64,000 nucleotides of DNA, from the NCBI GenBank assembly GCA_964016885.1, contig OZ024753.1, positions 30,690,001 through 30,754,000 of the forward strand. Reading direction: 5' to 3'. Below the pieces are notes generated by a model, which was given only the letters and a program-made list of their open reading frames with translations, searched no databases and was not told the DNA's origin. A program made the translations under genes and the position numbers. The stretch's first letter is position 1. The number at the start of each line of letters is the position of its first letter. The DNA is from Eledone cirrhosa. Lineage: Eukaryota. Positions 13,426 to 25,618 of the stretch are shown here, in pieces.

Positions 13426-13525
13426 TGTTCAAATGATGATAACACCATCTATATTGATGATGGCACAGGCCAAGCCATGGTGCACTGTGGCACTCTCCCA
13501 AGCCAGTGTGTTAGACTTACCACAG
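13426..13525 (+). CDS. RMI2: RMI2 coding exon 2
   Basis: TTTTAG|...CAG|GTGAGT; CSNDDNTIYIDDGTGQAMVHCGTLPSQCVRLTT carries the OB-fold IDDGTG motif; 100 nt, phase 0 to 1, fits both neighbouring exons. Confidence 0.85.
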
Positions 13526-13619
13526 GTGAGTAGCCATTTTATTTTCATATTCAGAATTCCCTTTTCTTTCTTTTTTATTGATACTAACTTAATGTTGGTT
13601 CACCAACAGTTTAAACCAG

Positions 13620-13750
13620 GGAGGTTGTGGAGATGTAGGGGATGCATCAGCCAGGCTCTGCACCGGCCACAGTTGTGATATAAACTCTTCTGGATAGAAA
13701 ATGATGGGGTAGGTGGAGTAGGCATTTTACTAGCTGAGAAGGGGGTAGAT
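13620..13750 (+). mobile_element. RTE APE endonuclease fragment
   Basis: KLFWIENDGVGGVGILLAEKGVD motif. Confidence 0.6.
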
Positions 13751-14303
13751 TAGGAAATTGAGGTAGAGTAAATGACAGAATTGTATAACTCAGAATAGAA
13801 AATTTTTTCAAAACAACATCTAAACAATGTGTTGATTAGCTGTTTCAGCTTATACACAGGGTTTTGATTTTTTTCCCATTTCTCAGATATAAAATAAGGG
13901 GTTGGCTTATATTCGAGTATATACTGTATATATGTATATGTGTCATAATAAAACAGCAGGAATTTGTGTTTAGAAAGTGGTAAGAAGGGCAAAGAAAAAA
14001 AAGTTATTATTACTAATACAGTGATACAAATTTAACCGTTTGAATAGTACTGCTGTCACTATCACTGTTATTGCTGTTGCTATTACTACTACCACTATTA
14101 CTGCCAAGATGAAGAAGACTGATTAAAGTTTGTAATCAAGGAATTTATTAATTTCATATTTTTTTACACTACACTCCATTTTTGCCTGATATTATGCTAG
14201 TATCAAGAGATGTCAACATGAATGGACTTGTTATTTTTATCTAAAGACATTTTCTTCTATTCCAACCCACCTGTCCCCTCAATCTATCTTATTTCTCATT
14301 CTT

Positions 14304-14339
14304 TCTTCTGATGAAGGACTAGCGTCCAAAACGTTAAGA
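14304..14339 (+). ncRNA. degenerate minimal hammerhead (Penelope remnant) in an RMI2 intron
   Basis: TCTT-CTGATGA-AGGAC-TAGC-GTCC-AAAA(for GAAA)-CGT-TAAGA. Confidence 0.6.
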
Positions 14340-14588
14340 CCCTCTTCCTACTATATCAAGCGTTAACTTAATATATCCCTTCCATATACTGTACCGATTG
14401 TGTTGTTATTTCTGTTTACCTTTTACATACATATATATATACAAATATATATATATTTATATTTTAGTCTGATAGTGGGGTTTAAAACCCTCTATCAGGA
14501 TAAAATTTATTTAGTCAAAAATACAGCGATAGCTTCTATTTTTAATAAATTTCAAACTTCACTTGCTGTTTCCATCAAACTTGCTTTG

Positions 14589-14620
<32 letters not shown>

Positions 14621-14684
14621 CAACACCTCTTTATAAATGTGTATTTTCAGCACTTTGTTTGTTTGTTTGTTTGTTTGTTTGTAG

Positions 14685-14848
14685 GTCAGTATGGGATGGT
14701 TATTGGAGAACTGCTGGAGACAGGAGAATGTCCAACAATTAGGGCCATCAAAATGCAAGACCTTGGAACAATACCTAAAGTCAGTGATTTGTGGAAACTG
14801 GAAGTTATTGATATGAATTTGGCTCATCTACAGCATGCAGGTCAATAG
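14685..14848 (+). CDS. RMI2: RMI2 coding exon 3 (terminal)
   Basis: GQYGMVIGELLETGECPTIRAIKMQDLGTIPKVSDLWKLEVIDM aligns with human RMI2 GKYVMVMG...LQAVKMTDL...MWELEVED; acceptor TTTGTAG; total protein 143 aa. Confidence 0.9.
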
Positions 14849-16689
14849 CTGCTGAACTAACACACACACACTATATATATATATATATAAATATATATAT
14901 GTTTGGTTCTGATTAATTAAGAATGAAATGTCCACTTTGAATGTGGCTATTTTGGGAAGGTACTAGAGATAGTCACTCTTTTTGTTTTTGACCTATATTT
15001 TCAATGTGAAAGAGAGGAATTAGCAAAGTCGTTAGAACATCGGATGAAATACTTTGGTATTTGTTCCGATTCTCTACACTCTGAGCTCAAGTACCAGCAT
15101 GATTACTTTTGCTTTTCATTCTTTCAGGGTTTTACAAACAAAATACCAGTTCAGATGTGGTGGATTGGGGAATTCTTAGAATAAGACAGGGTGATTTGCA
15201 GTATCTGTTCTGTACTCAGATCCCACCTTCTGTTATTGGAAAAGTGGTTAAATAGTATCAGCAAATGATACTATCAATGAAATATAGTTTCCTTGGTCCA
15301 ATCTGATAATTAGGTCCTTCCCTTTTTTCCATGTGAAGGTGTGCTGCCTAGTGGTTAGCGTGTTGGCCTCGTGGTCATATGGTTGTGGGTTCAATTGTCT
15401 TGAGCAAGACATTTCATTTTCATGTTACTCCAGTTAGTAGGTGCCAGCAGCAACTCTTGCAATGCACAGACATCCTGTCTAGTAAGGAATGATGCCAATT
15501 AAACCAAGACTAGCTCTGGCCTGATGGCTCCCTGCCATCATCAGCCTCTTGGGCAATGGAGCCTGGGTCTGATGCTAATTTCAGTAGGCTGCCTTTGGAG
15601 AAATTACTGCTACAAGTCACATGAGGGACTTACTACTTCTGAACAGGAAGATTGGTGCTGTCTTGCCTTTTGCCAGCCTTTATAAAGATCAAAATCTTCT
15701 CAGATCCTTATTAACTACTGTCCTCCTGTGGCATGGTACAACTAAGAAAACCTTTCTACAAATCTGTGGTATCATCATTGTCGCTTTTACATTGACTTTT
15801 CCATGCTGGTATGGGTTGGATGGGACTTTTTGAAGCAGTGTTTTATAACCAGATGCCCTTACTGATATCAACCCTTTTAGCCACATCTTAAGACACACAG
15901 GTATATATACCTATTCTAAACCAGATACAGTTACTGTCACTGTGGGTTAATTGTTTGATCATCAACATCATGGTTAGATCCAGTTCAGACTTGATTGAGC
16001 AGACTTATGAAAGGCATTTCAGCTGTGAGTATGCCCCCCCCCCCTTTTTTTTTTTTTTTTTACAATATCTAGGATGGTTATATTGTTCAATCTCTCCTTT
16101 ATCATTATTTTTTTTTATGTATCTTAATCTCTTGATGGTGACACCATTTCTCTATCTCATTGCTGTTACTCTATCAGTTGCTGATAGTAACTCTTCACAT
16201 GTCAAGTTTGAATGTATTGTCTATTATTTTTATTTACTATTTTCTAACAATTAGCTCAATTCAGTCTTTTATAACACTTTACAGTATTGAGAACTAAATA
16301 ATAATTTCAGTTTGTATCAAAATAGTTAATTTTCTAACCTGTGGTGTTGATGTTGGATGCTGGTAGCCAGCTCTACAGGCACCTAGCTGGCTAGCGACTG
16401 TGTTTGTGTGTGTGTGGCTACATGGTGAACTGGGCTGTCTGTATGTTGCAGAGCAAAGAAGTTGACTGTATTAGAAATAGTTTATGTATACTGATTTTTC
16501 TCTTCTGCCACAGCTTCAAAGAAAGCAATAAAATTGTTACAATGTTAGAAGCACAATTCTCTGCTCTGCTACTAAATATTCACTGCAATTTAATAGTGGG
16601 GAAAAATAGAGAGACAATTGTATTGAGAGTGCATGAGGATATAAATACATGTGTGTTTAAATATGCTGGCACATACATGGCTGTTGGTG

Positions 16690-17160
16690 AAAACTGACAT
16701 CCAGGAAAGCCTGGATTCTCACCCTTCTAGATAGAAGTGTTGATATGAGGTCATTCTTTTGACCTGTACTGAGAAAAAATCTTGCCCTCCACACTTCGGA
16801 GTCAGATCGTTCTAAATTGGCTGATGACTGAGGAATTTTTTCTCTGCCCTCTTTCAACATGATAGAATGGTTCCCTTTTACCAGATCATCTCCACTGGTG
16901 AGTTTGCAGGTGCCCAGAGCTTGGTTCCTGAGTGGGTAATTCTGGGTTTCCCTCAAGAACTCCTTTCTGTCTTTTCTGGAGCTGTTCATCTTCCCAGATT
17001 TTGCGTCCTCTAGTAGCGATCTGGTGAATTGAAAGAGGTCTTTAATAAACTGAGCCCTTTTCCTTTCCAGCTCTCTCCTCTGCTTCTGAGTTCTTTTTGC
17101 TCTTCAGGGTCTATAGAAATGTTCCTTGAGTTGACCCGTTAGATGTGTAATGCTTCCTCT
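16690..17160 (-). mobile_element. degenerate HERO/NeSL-like non-LTR retrotransposon fragment
   Basis: RELERKRAQFIKDLFQFTRSLLEDAKSGKMNSS...EFLRETQ resembles the pre-RT region of R2/HERO-type elements; frameshifted. Confidence 0.5.
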
Positions 17161-17399
17161 TTCACAGTCAGGAGCTAAGTTGTACTGCTTATTTTTAACT
17201 TGTATGGCTTTGATTTGTTTTCTCTCAAGCAACATATCCATTCCTGGTTATTATAGTTGTATCTATTTTGAGTCTCCCATTCTTCCCTCACATCTCGGTT
17301 GACTCTGGGGGTATTTCCAGCTATTAATATTTGTAGCTTTATTTTGTGCCCTCTTGTTGCTGAATCCAGTTTGTTGTCAGATTAAAGTTTATGTCTTGT

Positions 17400-17750
17400 C
17401 TTGCAGTATATTACTCAAGATATGCTCCATCTTTCGCTGGGCGACATTGAGTATCTTCTTTGTGGTGTTATTCAGCGTGCAGGTCTCACTGGCAGGATGT
17501 GCTCATTGAAGATTTTCCGCTTTATTCTCATGGTGGCCTAGGGACTCTTCATGATGTTATATACCTTTCCAAAGGCTGCCCATACAAGCGTGATTCTTCT
17601 CTTGATTTCGGGGAAAAGATCACCATCCTTCGTCACCATCTTCCCTAAGTTAACATAACTGTCTACTCCCTCAACAATCTTGCCATTCATGGAGATAGGT
17701 GCTGGTGTGGCATATTTGTTGAACAAACATGACAGTCACTGCAGCCCAAA
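17400..17750 (-). mobile_element. RTE LINE fragment
   Basis: GKIVEGVDSYVNLG..DGDLFPEIKRRITLVWAAFGK (YxYLG / thumb region). Confidence 0.75.
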
Positions 17751-17799
17751 TCTTGACGTTTGATGTGGTGGTGTATAAGGCGAGGAAAAGAAAGTCGAT

Positions 17800-18115
17800 A
17801 TGAGTATTTGATAGTGATTGCCCCTATCACTCTTGCTATCATAAAGAAATAGGGGCTCATGCACTGGTTGCCCGTGGCCCCTGTGGACAGAATAGAGAAG
17901 GCATTTCCCCGGATGTTTTTGAGGGGAGACTCGTTGGAAGAGCCATTCCAGCTTGCGAGGCTCACACATGCGGGGAGCCAATTCCGTACCAATGGTAGTG
18001 AGTAGGGAGGTGGTTCTAGGGCCAAGGATACCAGAAGTCTCCACTGCTATGGGCTCAACTTCAAACCTGTCAGAGAACAACCGATATTTGGAGAATTTAC
18101 CCTCCTTGGCCTGAA
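17800..18115 (-). mobile_element. CRE-clade retrotransposon 3' end (REL endonuclease region)
   Basis: KFSKY..PIAVETSGILGP...WLFQRVS then frameshift to IRGNAFSI; the K--KY / P---ET-G / QR-S----RGNA pattern is typical of CRE. Confidence 0.7.
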
Positions 18116-18218
18116 GTGTATTCATTATGGCAGACACTACAGCATAAATCCTAATTGACTGATGGTGCAACTCCATTATATCTCAAGATAGATGGATGCC
18201 AAATATATATATATATTT

Positions 18219-18343
18219 CATCATCATCATTGTTTAACGTCCATCTTCCACGCTTGCATGGGTTTGGACGGGAGTTTTCCCACTTGAGGCAAGATTTGTT
18301 GTCCTGCTCGTAGGACTGTCTGGCGGGTTTTCTACGGCTGGAT
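18219..18343 (-). mobile_element. RTE family A terminal ~125 nt
   Basis: Matches reverse complement of 32370-32495. Confidence 0.85.
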
Positions 18344-18609
18344 AATACAGAGATAATACAGTAATCGGCTTATGTATTATCTCTTTATCTGGGTCAATTA
18401 CCTCCCTCCCGACCTAGTTGACTTCAAAGAGCAGTGCATATATGCTTTATTTAAAAAAAAAAAAAAAAAAAAATTAGTAGACCAACCGACCTAAAAGGCC
18501 GATTGGTCTACTAATTCTTTTTATTAATTTTATTACGAATTGTACATAAATGAATAATATTATCTCAAAGATATTACAAGTTATACAAATAATGAAAATA
18601 AAAAAAAAA

Positions 18610-19122
18610 TTACAAGTTTTCTTGAAATGGTTCTGGAGAAGTAGCAACTTGGTTTGAGTTCATCAAACGGGCGTATTTTCCTCATCTGTGTTGTTTGGTG
18701 TCGTTTTCTTTGTCTGAGTTATCGTTGTCACTTTCTTCGAATTGCAAAGTGTCCCCGCTTCTATCTGGAGACGGAGTCCGAAATCTGTCTTGTCTTTCTT
18801 TGACTGTTTGTTGAAGTCGTTCGTATTCGTCTAGAATATGAACGAGGTTGTTGTCACTAGAGCAACTGTCTTCATTTACTAAAGCAGAAAAGCAATGTTC
18901 GTAAAACAGAATATTCCATATGAATGGATTCAATTTTTTTTTAACGTATTTTAGGAACGGTGATGCTGAATTGAATGTGTATTCAGTGTAACGCGTCAAG
19001 AATGCAACTTTTTCTGAAAGTGGCACGTTTTGGTCAAATTTATTATTTGAAGTGATAATTAACGGCGTACGATGGACTACTTGGTCTTGTTTGAATTTAA
19101 TCGCTACTTCGGTGTCAACACC
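18610..19122 (-). other. endogenous parvovirus/densovirus-like element: NS1 SF3 helicase C-terminus
   Basis: GVDTEVAIKFKQDQVVHRTPLIITSNN (motif B' and C), AFLTRYTEYTF (Arg-finger region), KKLNPFIW, acidic tail; AT-rich with an abrupt compositional change from the adjoining LINE. Confidence 0.8.
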
Positions 19123-22062
19123 TATGTAAGCGTTCGCCACCTCCGCCCGACCTTTCAGGGATAGTTTGCACTTGGGTCAGTGCCAACACCCTATTCGTCA
19201 CCTCACCCCAGTTTTTCTCCACCTGGAGGTCCAGTCCAAACCAGACCCCAAGCAACTTCACCGGGCCCTCCGTCCACCGTCCGACGATACCGTCGGATGA
19301 CATCGGTTTGCCCCTCCACTCGCCGAGTTGCAAAGCGACTGACTTGTCCCGGTTCAGCTTAGCCCCTGTCAACCTTTCATACTCCTCCAGTAAGGTGCCG
19401 ATTGCTCTGATTTCTGCGGTGGTCGACACCATTACTGTTACGTCATCGGCATAGGCCGACACCGCTTTGCGCAATCCCGGTTCCAAAGGGATGCCCTGCA
19501 CCAATTCCAACTTCCGCAGTAGTGGCTCGAGAGCATTTCTGGACAACTTAAACAGTCCCTATCCTTAATTCTAACTAAGAACCTATCTAGGTACGATCTA
19601 GATTGACCGCTGTGGTTTGTCCAAGTCCAGGTTGACACAGTTGGAAAATCTGGTCAATATCTATCGGCCAGATCAAATCGGCCGATTAACCCTTTGAGGT
19701 TGTTACACCCCCTCTATCGGGACATGTCCCTACATAGTCTCAACGTGCATCTAGGATACCATTCCAGTCCCCCACTAAAAGCAAGGAGCGGGACGTCCCT
19801 AGAAAAGTCTCCAGGATATGGAAGAAGTCCGACCACATTGCCCCAAAAGGGGCGTAAATGGCGACAAGCCTAAAAGCTTAGCCTTCACCACTGCCAAGGT
19901 CCAGAACCACCAGTCGACCCTCCAGGTCCAAGTTTACCGTCTGTGTAGCGAGACCCAGATGTTTTTGCAGCAGAACGACACCCCCACCCCCACCTCCGGG
20001 CTGACAGAGAGATGCGTGCATCTCAAAGTCATCAAAGGTGGGGGCTAGTTGTCGCACGCTGCTGATCCGGGCCTCGCAAATAACCATCACATTTATAGAT
20101 CGTGACTTGAGGTCATTTAGAAGTTTAGCTTGCTTCCAAGGTGAACCCAGGCCACGCGCATTTAGACAACCTACTCTTAACACAGCCATGTTGGTGGTAA
20201 ACAAAGAAGCACTTACCTCTCTGCGTCCCGGGGTCCGGGCTGTTCAGTTTCCATGGGGGTCGGGAGGGGTTGTTGGGTGGGGTGGTGATGTAAGGGTATT
20301 AGTGTGTGGGGTGTGTGGTGGGTGTTTGAAGAGGGAGGCGAAAACCTTTCAGGAGGACGCGGTTGAGTGGCCTGGTGCAGGGTGGCCCCACGTCCTCAGG
20401 GTAAATGTTTTTCAATGTTTTAAAAATGTCAAGTGGGACCTTCACCATTTTCAGGTTAGGGAGTCCCGTTGCCATTGTAACATTCGGCCCTTCGGTTTGT
20501 ACCGAAGGGTTTATTTTGTCTAAGTTTTTATTGTTTTTGTTTATGTATGTGTAGAGTTTTTGTATTGTTTGTTTTTGTTTGTTGTTCTTGAGTGAGCTTG
20601 CGTTTTGTTGTCTGTGTTGTGTTGTCAGGTGGGGTTATTTTTGTTTGTGTGGTGTGTGTACGTTTTTTTCTTTTGACTTTTTGGAAAGGAGCCCTCTCGT
20701 CTTTCGAGGATATGAGCTCCTCTTCCGTATTGGAGGGGAGGGGTATATTGCCAGGTTGTGTTTGCACTGTGTGTGTATTTGTGTTCTGTGGGGAGGGGCT
20801 GGGTGGGACCGTATTTTGGGTTTGTTTTCTTGAGCTGTTGTTGTTGTTGTGGTGGTGTTATTGTTTGTGGTGTTTGTAATAAAGGTTTCTTTTTTATCAG
20901 TTGAGGGCATGCAACCCTCAGGTGACCTCTGCTTGCGCAGTGGTAACACGCGGGTCGCCTACCCTCAACTGAAATGTTTATGTAAGTTTCTCCATCTAAA
21001 TGAATTCTCTGTGGGATCTTCGCTATCCTTTCTGGGCTCATCTGCACCAGAAGTTCTACGCTGGTCCCACTAAAGACCTCTCTGAGGGACTTTCCAACCG
21101 AGATTATAATGTCTTGGTCAAGGTCTAAAACGCCACAAAGTAGCCACCAAGTGTCTACTTTGGGTCTTATGCAGTGGAATTTTATTTTTTGAGACCTTCT
21201 TCCCATGTAAGACGGGAAAAAGGTGAAGTGGGTGGATACAATGGGCACAATGGAATGTTTTTGCACCATTTCTTGGTCCTTCATAAGCACCGAGATGCTA
21301 CCGAAGAGTTTTCCTTTTTGAATGAACAAAATGTTTTCCATTTGGTTCCTTAAAACCAGCTCTATCTCACTCTGAGGCGGTTGTACTGGTTTTTTTGTAG
21401 CATTCGAGATTGTCCTGAACACCACCGTGCTCGTGGCAATTTCTCTTTTTTATTTCTTCAGGGGAATTAATGCTGAATGAACAATCGGGTTCGAAAGTCA
21501 CATACCTTTTTGCTTCTTCCAACTTTTGCTTTGTGTTGGTTAAATCTAAAGGTAGGAACATTTGTGTTTTTTTTTTACAGTTTCCGCAAAGGAAATTTTG
21601 TTGTTGTTGTCTTTCTTGTTATTGTTGTTGTCGCTGTTCAGTTTGGTGTTCGTATTGGTATCGATAATTTTACCGTTGCTGGTATTGTTTCCAATTTGTG
21701 TCTTTTTGGTTGTTGACTGTTGTTCCTTAACGTTTTTCGTTAAAGGAAGGGGGGGGGGGGAGCTGGACTCTTTGTTCTTTCAATTTTCCTCGAAGATTTT
21801 TTTTTTCTTTGGGGAGCGTGGCACCATGGTTTGTATTAATGCCGTCCATTACTATAAGCCGAGTTCACAAAAATGCAAGATGAAAACTTTCACCCCAAAA
21901 AGGGGCGAAAACAATAATAACCCCAACGTCTGCAGGCCCAAACGAGGGGTTTAAACTATATTACAATAGAAAAATAATCCAAAAACTCGCTCTTTACAAG
22001 GTAAAACCAATGTAAAACACAGAGCTCGTTAATACACGTCTACCTCCGTCAACAGACAGACT
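19123..22062 (-). mobile_element. L1/Tx1-clade LINE, 5' end intact, internally deleted, 3' part replaced
   Basis: ORF1 with CYHCASRGHLRVAC zinc knuckle; ORF2 from 20189 with APE (GCLNARGL, ICEAR, TWTN..SYLDRFL) jumping near 19540 to RT (ALEPLLRKL, AYADDVTV, GAKLNRDKS, KLLGVWF, LSLKGRAEVANAYI). Confidence 0.9.
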
Positions 22063-23164
22063 AAAACCCGACTAGCCAATGGTGCCAATTCTGTCACTTA
22101 AGATAGACAGATACCAAGTATTGGCAGGTTACTATCACAATTACAACATTTCATACAATGTATTCTTTATGGCAGTGTTGTCACAATGGTATATTTCCTG
22201 GCTTTTATTCTTTATGGCAAGAGGTTATCAGGCTCTATTATTTCCTTATCCTGTATTTATTATGGCAACCCAGATCCTCACTGACCAATGGAGCCAATGC
22301 CAAAATATTTCATGTTAGACGGATGCCAAAAAGTAATATAAGATATGTTGGCAGATTGTTATCACACTGTTATATTTTCTTATCCAATATTCATTAAGAC
22401 AACCCAAATCCTGACTGACCCATAGTGCAAATGTCAAAGTGTCTTGAGATAGCTGGATGTAAAATAAAAAAAAAATAAAGAGGATATCAAATGCAGTGTT
22501 TATTGATTATCACAGTTAAATTTAATTTCCTAACCTGTATTCATAACATTGATTTTTTTTTTTTAAAAACTTTGATTTATAGTGAAAAATGTGTATCACA
22601 CAAACCGTTTATAGTGAGAGACAAGCTAAAAGGTGTGCATGCAAGGAATGTGAGAGATGGCTTGTCTGTGTCTGGCTGTCCTGAAATGGTCAGCTACCAC
22701 TTGTAGTCCTAGTTGACCATTATGTGGTCGTACAAAATGAAGAGAGAACAACAAGGAACTAGCTCTCTCATTTGTCATTAAAAAGCTAGGGATGACATCA
22801 TGGTGAATTTTCATTATACATGACAAATTTCAAATATGATAGGGAAATATGCCATATATTTGTATAATAACAAAATTCACCAAAGAGTGGTTTTACTCCA
22901 TATAGTTTGCCACTCGTTCAAAGCCAACATATTCAGTGCCTGATACATTTTAAAAATTGACAGATCTGGCGGAGATAATGGAGGATTGAAAATCAGTTTC
23001 ATTCTTGAGTAATTGTTTTTGCTGAATGATTTGATTTAGGGTAGACTTGAAATATCTATTATTTCCCTTACTGCACCCTCTTTTGTGTCATCTGGTTCTT
23101 ATTCACTGCCTTGGTGTTCACCCTGTCACTCTAATACTCCACCTGTGTCTCTGAAAGGAGAGAC

Positions 23165-24090
23165 ATGACCAGTCTATCTATGTTTGCCATTTTTATCATC
23201 TCAATTATGTCCTTCACGCCAGTCTGCTGTCGAATCAAGGTGTTGCTCTTCCTGCCACATAAGGTGATGCCGAGCAACATTCGCTCCGTTTTATGTTGGG
23301 CCGTTGCAAGAGTCTCTGCAGTGGTGGTGTTGAGTGCTCACATTTCACTTCCATGTCATCACCAGCAGAAGATATTTGTTAAACACCTTTCTTTTTTCTT
23401 TTTGGGTTCGATTGTTGACTTTGGACTTCTAATGATGTAATAAGCTTTTACAAAAGCCACCCAGCCAAGCAATAATCTTTCTTCTGACCTCTGGAAGTTG
23501 GGCACCATCTCTTGCAACCTTCTTTCCGAGGTATGTGTAACTCTACTTCCTCAATGGTCTTTCCATCTACAATAACTGGTGATGGTTTAGTGTGGCTGTT
23601 AAGCATGACGTTGGTTTTCCTGAGATGAATGTTAAAGCCTACTGAGCTCACAGTGTGAATAACATTGAGTATCTCCAATTTTTAAGGTGTGTGGGCTCTT
23701 AGGATGATGTCATGTGTGAAATCTAGGTGGTAGAGGAGTTGATACCCTTTTTCTCCCAGTTAACTTTGTTGATGATGACGTCTTACAAATATGATGTAAA
23801 CATTCTCAAGGAAATGTCTTCTTGTCTTGTTCCTCTTTCTAATTTGATCTTGTTGCTGTCTTGGTGTAATCCTAAAGTGTGTGTTGCACCATTGTAAAGA
23901 TCCTTTAGTAATGTGATGTAAGCAGAGTCCACTCCTTGGTTCTTTCAGTGCTGTGAATAATGGGGCAAATTCAAAGGCAAAGCAGAGACAGAAATTGTAT
24001 TCATTTGCCTTCTCTTGTAGTTGACAAACTACCTGGATCTGGTCTATTGTTGAGAATCCTGACCTGAATCCTACCTGCTCTTGCTTGGTG
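23165..24090 (-). mobile_element. degenerate RTE LINE RT fragment
   Basis: QVGFRSGFSTIDQI, QLQEKANEY, GFNIHLRKTNVM..DGKTIEEV; many frameshifts. Confidence 0.75.
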
Positions 24091-24458
24091 CCATTCTAAT
24101 GTACCAAAGACTTACACATCTCTTAATTGTAATAAACTCATTATTTTGAAAGGCTCCAGAAAAAATAGTTTCATCTATTTTTTTTTTCATAAACACACCT
24201 ACTCTCTTTGAGCAGCTCAAATCCTCTGATTGCACTTTTTTTTCTAATTTATCAGCTTATGATAAATATTGATTTCTTGCATCAGGAACATTTGAAAATA
24301 GGAGAATTTATGGCTAAATCTTCTAGAAAAGATGTGTTGGAAAGACAGCCATTCCTGTAGTTTTTTATTTGTAAGAAAAGAAATTTAAATGGTGCTAGAT
24401 AAGTGCACCTTACTGCATTTGTTGATATTAGGCAGCAAACAGCTCACCTTGGTTTTAA

Positions 24459-24654
24459 CCCTTTAGCATTTACATTACTCTATATTTACTATTGTATTTT
24501 CACAGTAAAGCTTTTATCTCGTATAATATCAAATCTATGAGATTTTGATATTATTTATTCGAGAACAATACCTTAACATCTGTATGAGTGACCATTTGAA
24601 CAGAAAGAGGTGAAAGAATTCTGGTGGGATATGGCTGGTTTAAATGCTAAAGGG
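24459..24654. mobile_element. piggyBac-type MITE family 1
   Basis: TTAA target duplication and CCCTTTAGCATT TIRs. Confidence 0.9.
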
Positions 24655-25146
24655 TTAAAGCTTACCAGCATTTAGGGTTTGTAAACAAAATTGTTTTGAT
24701 ATTTTAAAAGATTCCATTTGATTCTTATTCAATTTGTGAAAGATCCTGTCTATATCAATAAATACTTTTAAATGATTCCCTTGTTATATTATTTTTTGAT
24801 CAAATCATCCCAAATAAGTTACAGATGAATGAAGCAGTACCAAATTATGACATTGGGGAAAACATTTTTCATTTTAGCACCCAACTTTGAATCCTTGCCA
24901 AGCAGTATATTTGCTCCATTGAAACAAAATGCAATCAGGTTATTTTACAAATATTTATAAAATCCTGCAAAATACAGGCTTTATGTATTAATTACTGATG
25001 TACCAGCAGTGTTTGTTTTTGATACTTTTGTGTGCTAGAGGACATACTTATAGATTTTAGCTGTTACAGCATGTGTAAATAATTTAAGATTTATTTTCTG
25101 TTCTGCAAATCCATGAAGTTTTCCATATGTTTAATCTCGAAAACGT

Positions 25147-25618
25147 TAGTGCTGCTGCCATAAGAAAATACACTCAGCCCTTTCTGTAAAGTGGTAGTGC
25201 TGGTGCCATAAGAAAATGCACTCAGCTCTTTCTGTAAAGTGGTAGTGCTGCTGCCATAAGAAAATGCACTCAGCTCTTTCTGTAAAGTGGTAGTGCTGGT
25301 GCAATAAGAAAATGCACTCAGCCCATACTGTAAAGTTGTAGTGCTGGTGCCATAAGAAAATGCACTCAGCTCTTTCTGTAAAGTGGTAGTGCTGCTGCCA
25401 TAAGAAAATACGCTCAGCCCTTTCTGTAAAGTGGTAGTGCTGGTGCAATAAGAAAATGCACTCAGCCCATACTGTAAAATTGTAGTGCTGGTGCCATGAT
25501 AAAATACATTCAGCCCACAATGTATAGTGGTAGTGCTGGTGCCATGATAAATGTACCCAGCCTTCACTGTAAAGTGATAGTGTTGGTGCCATAATAAAAT
25601 ACATCTAGCCCACTTTAA
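25147..25618. repeat. 48-bp minisatellite (~10 units)
   Basis: GTAGTGCTGGTGCCATAAGAAAATGCACTCAGCTCTTTCTGTAAAGTG-type units. Confidence 0.95.

Noticed and set aside
24878-24938. LRR-like peptide PNFESLPSSIFAPLKQ after an acceptor-like site
   Set aside because: Weak donor, single short motif, chance match plausible
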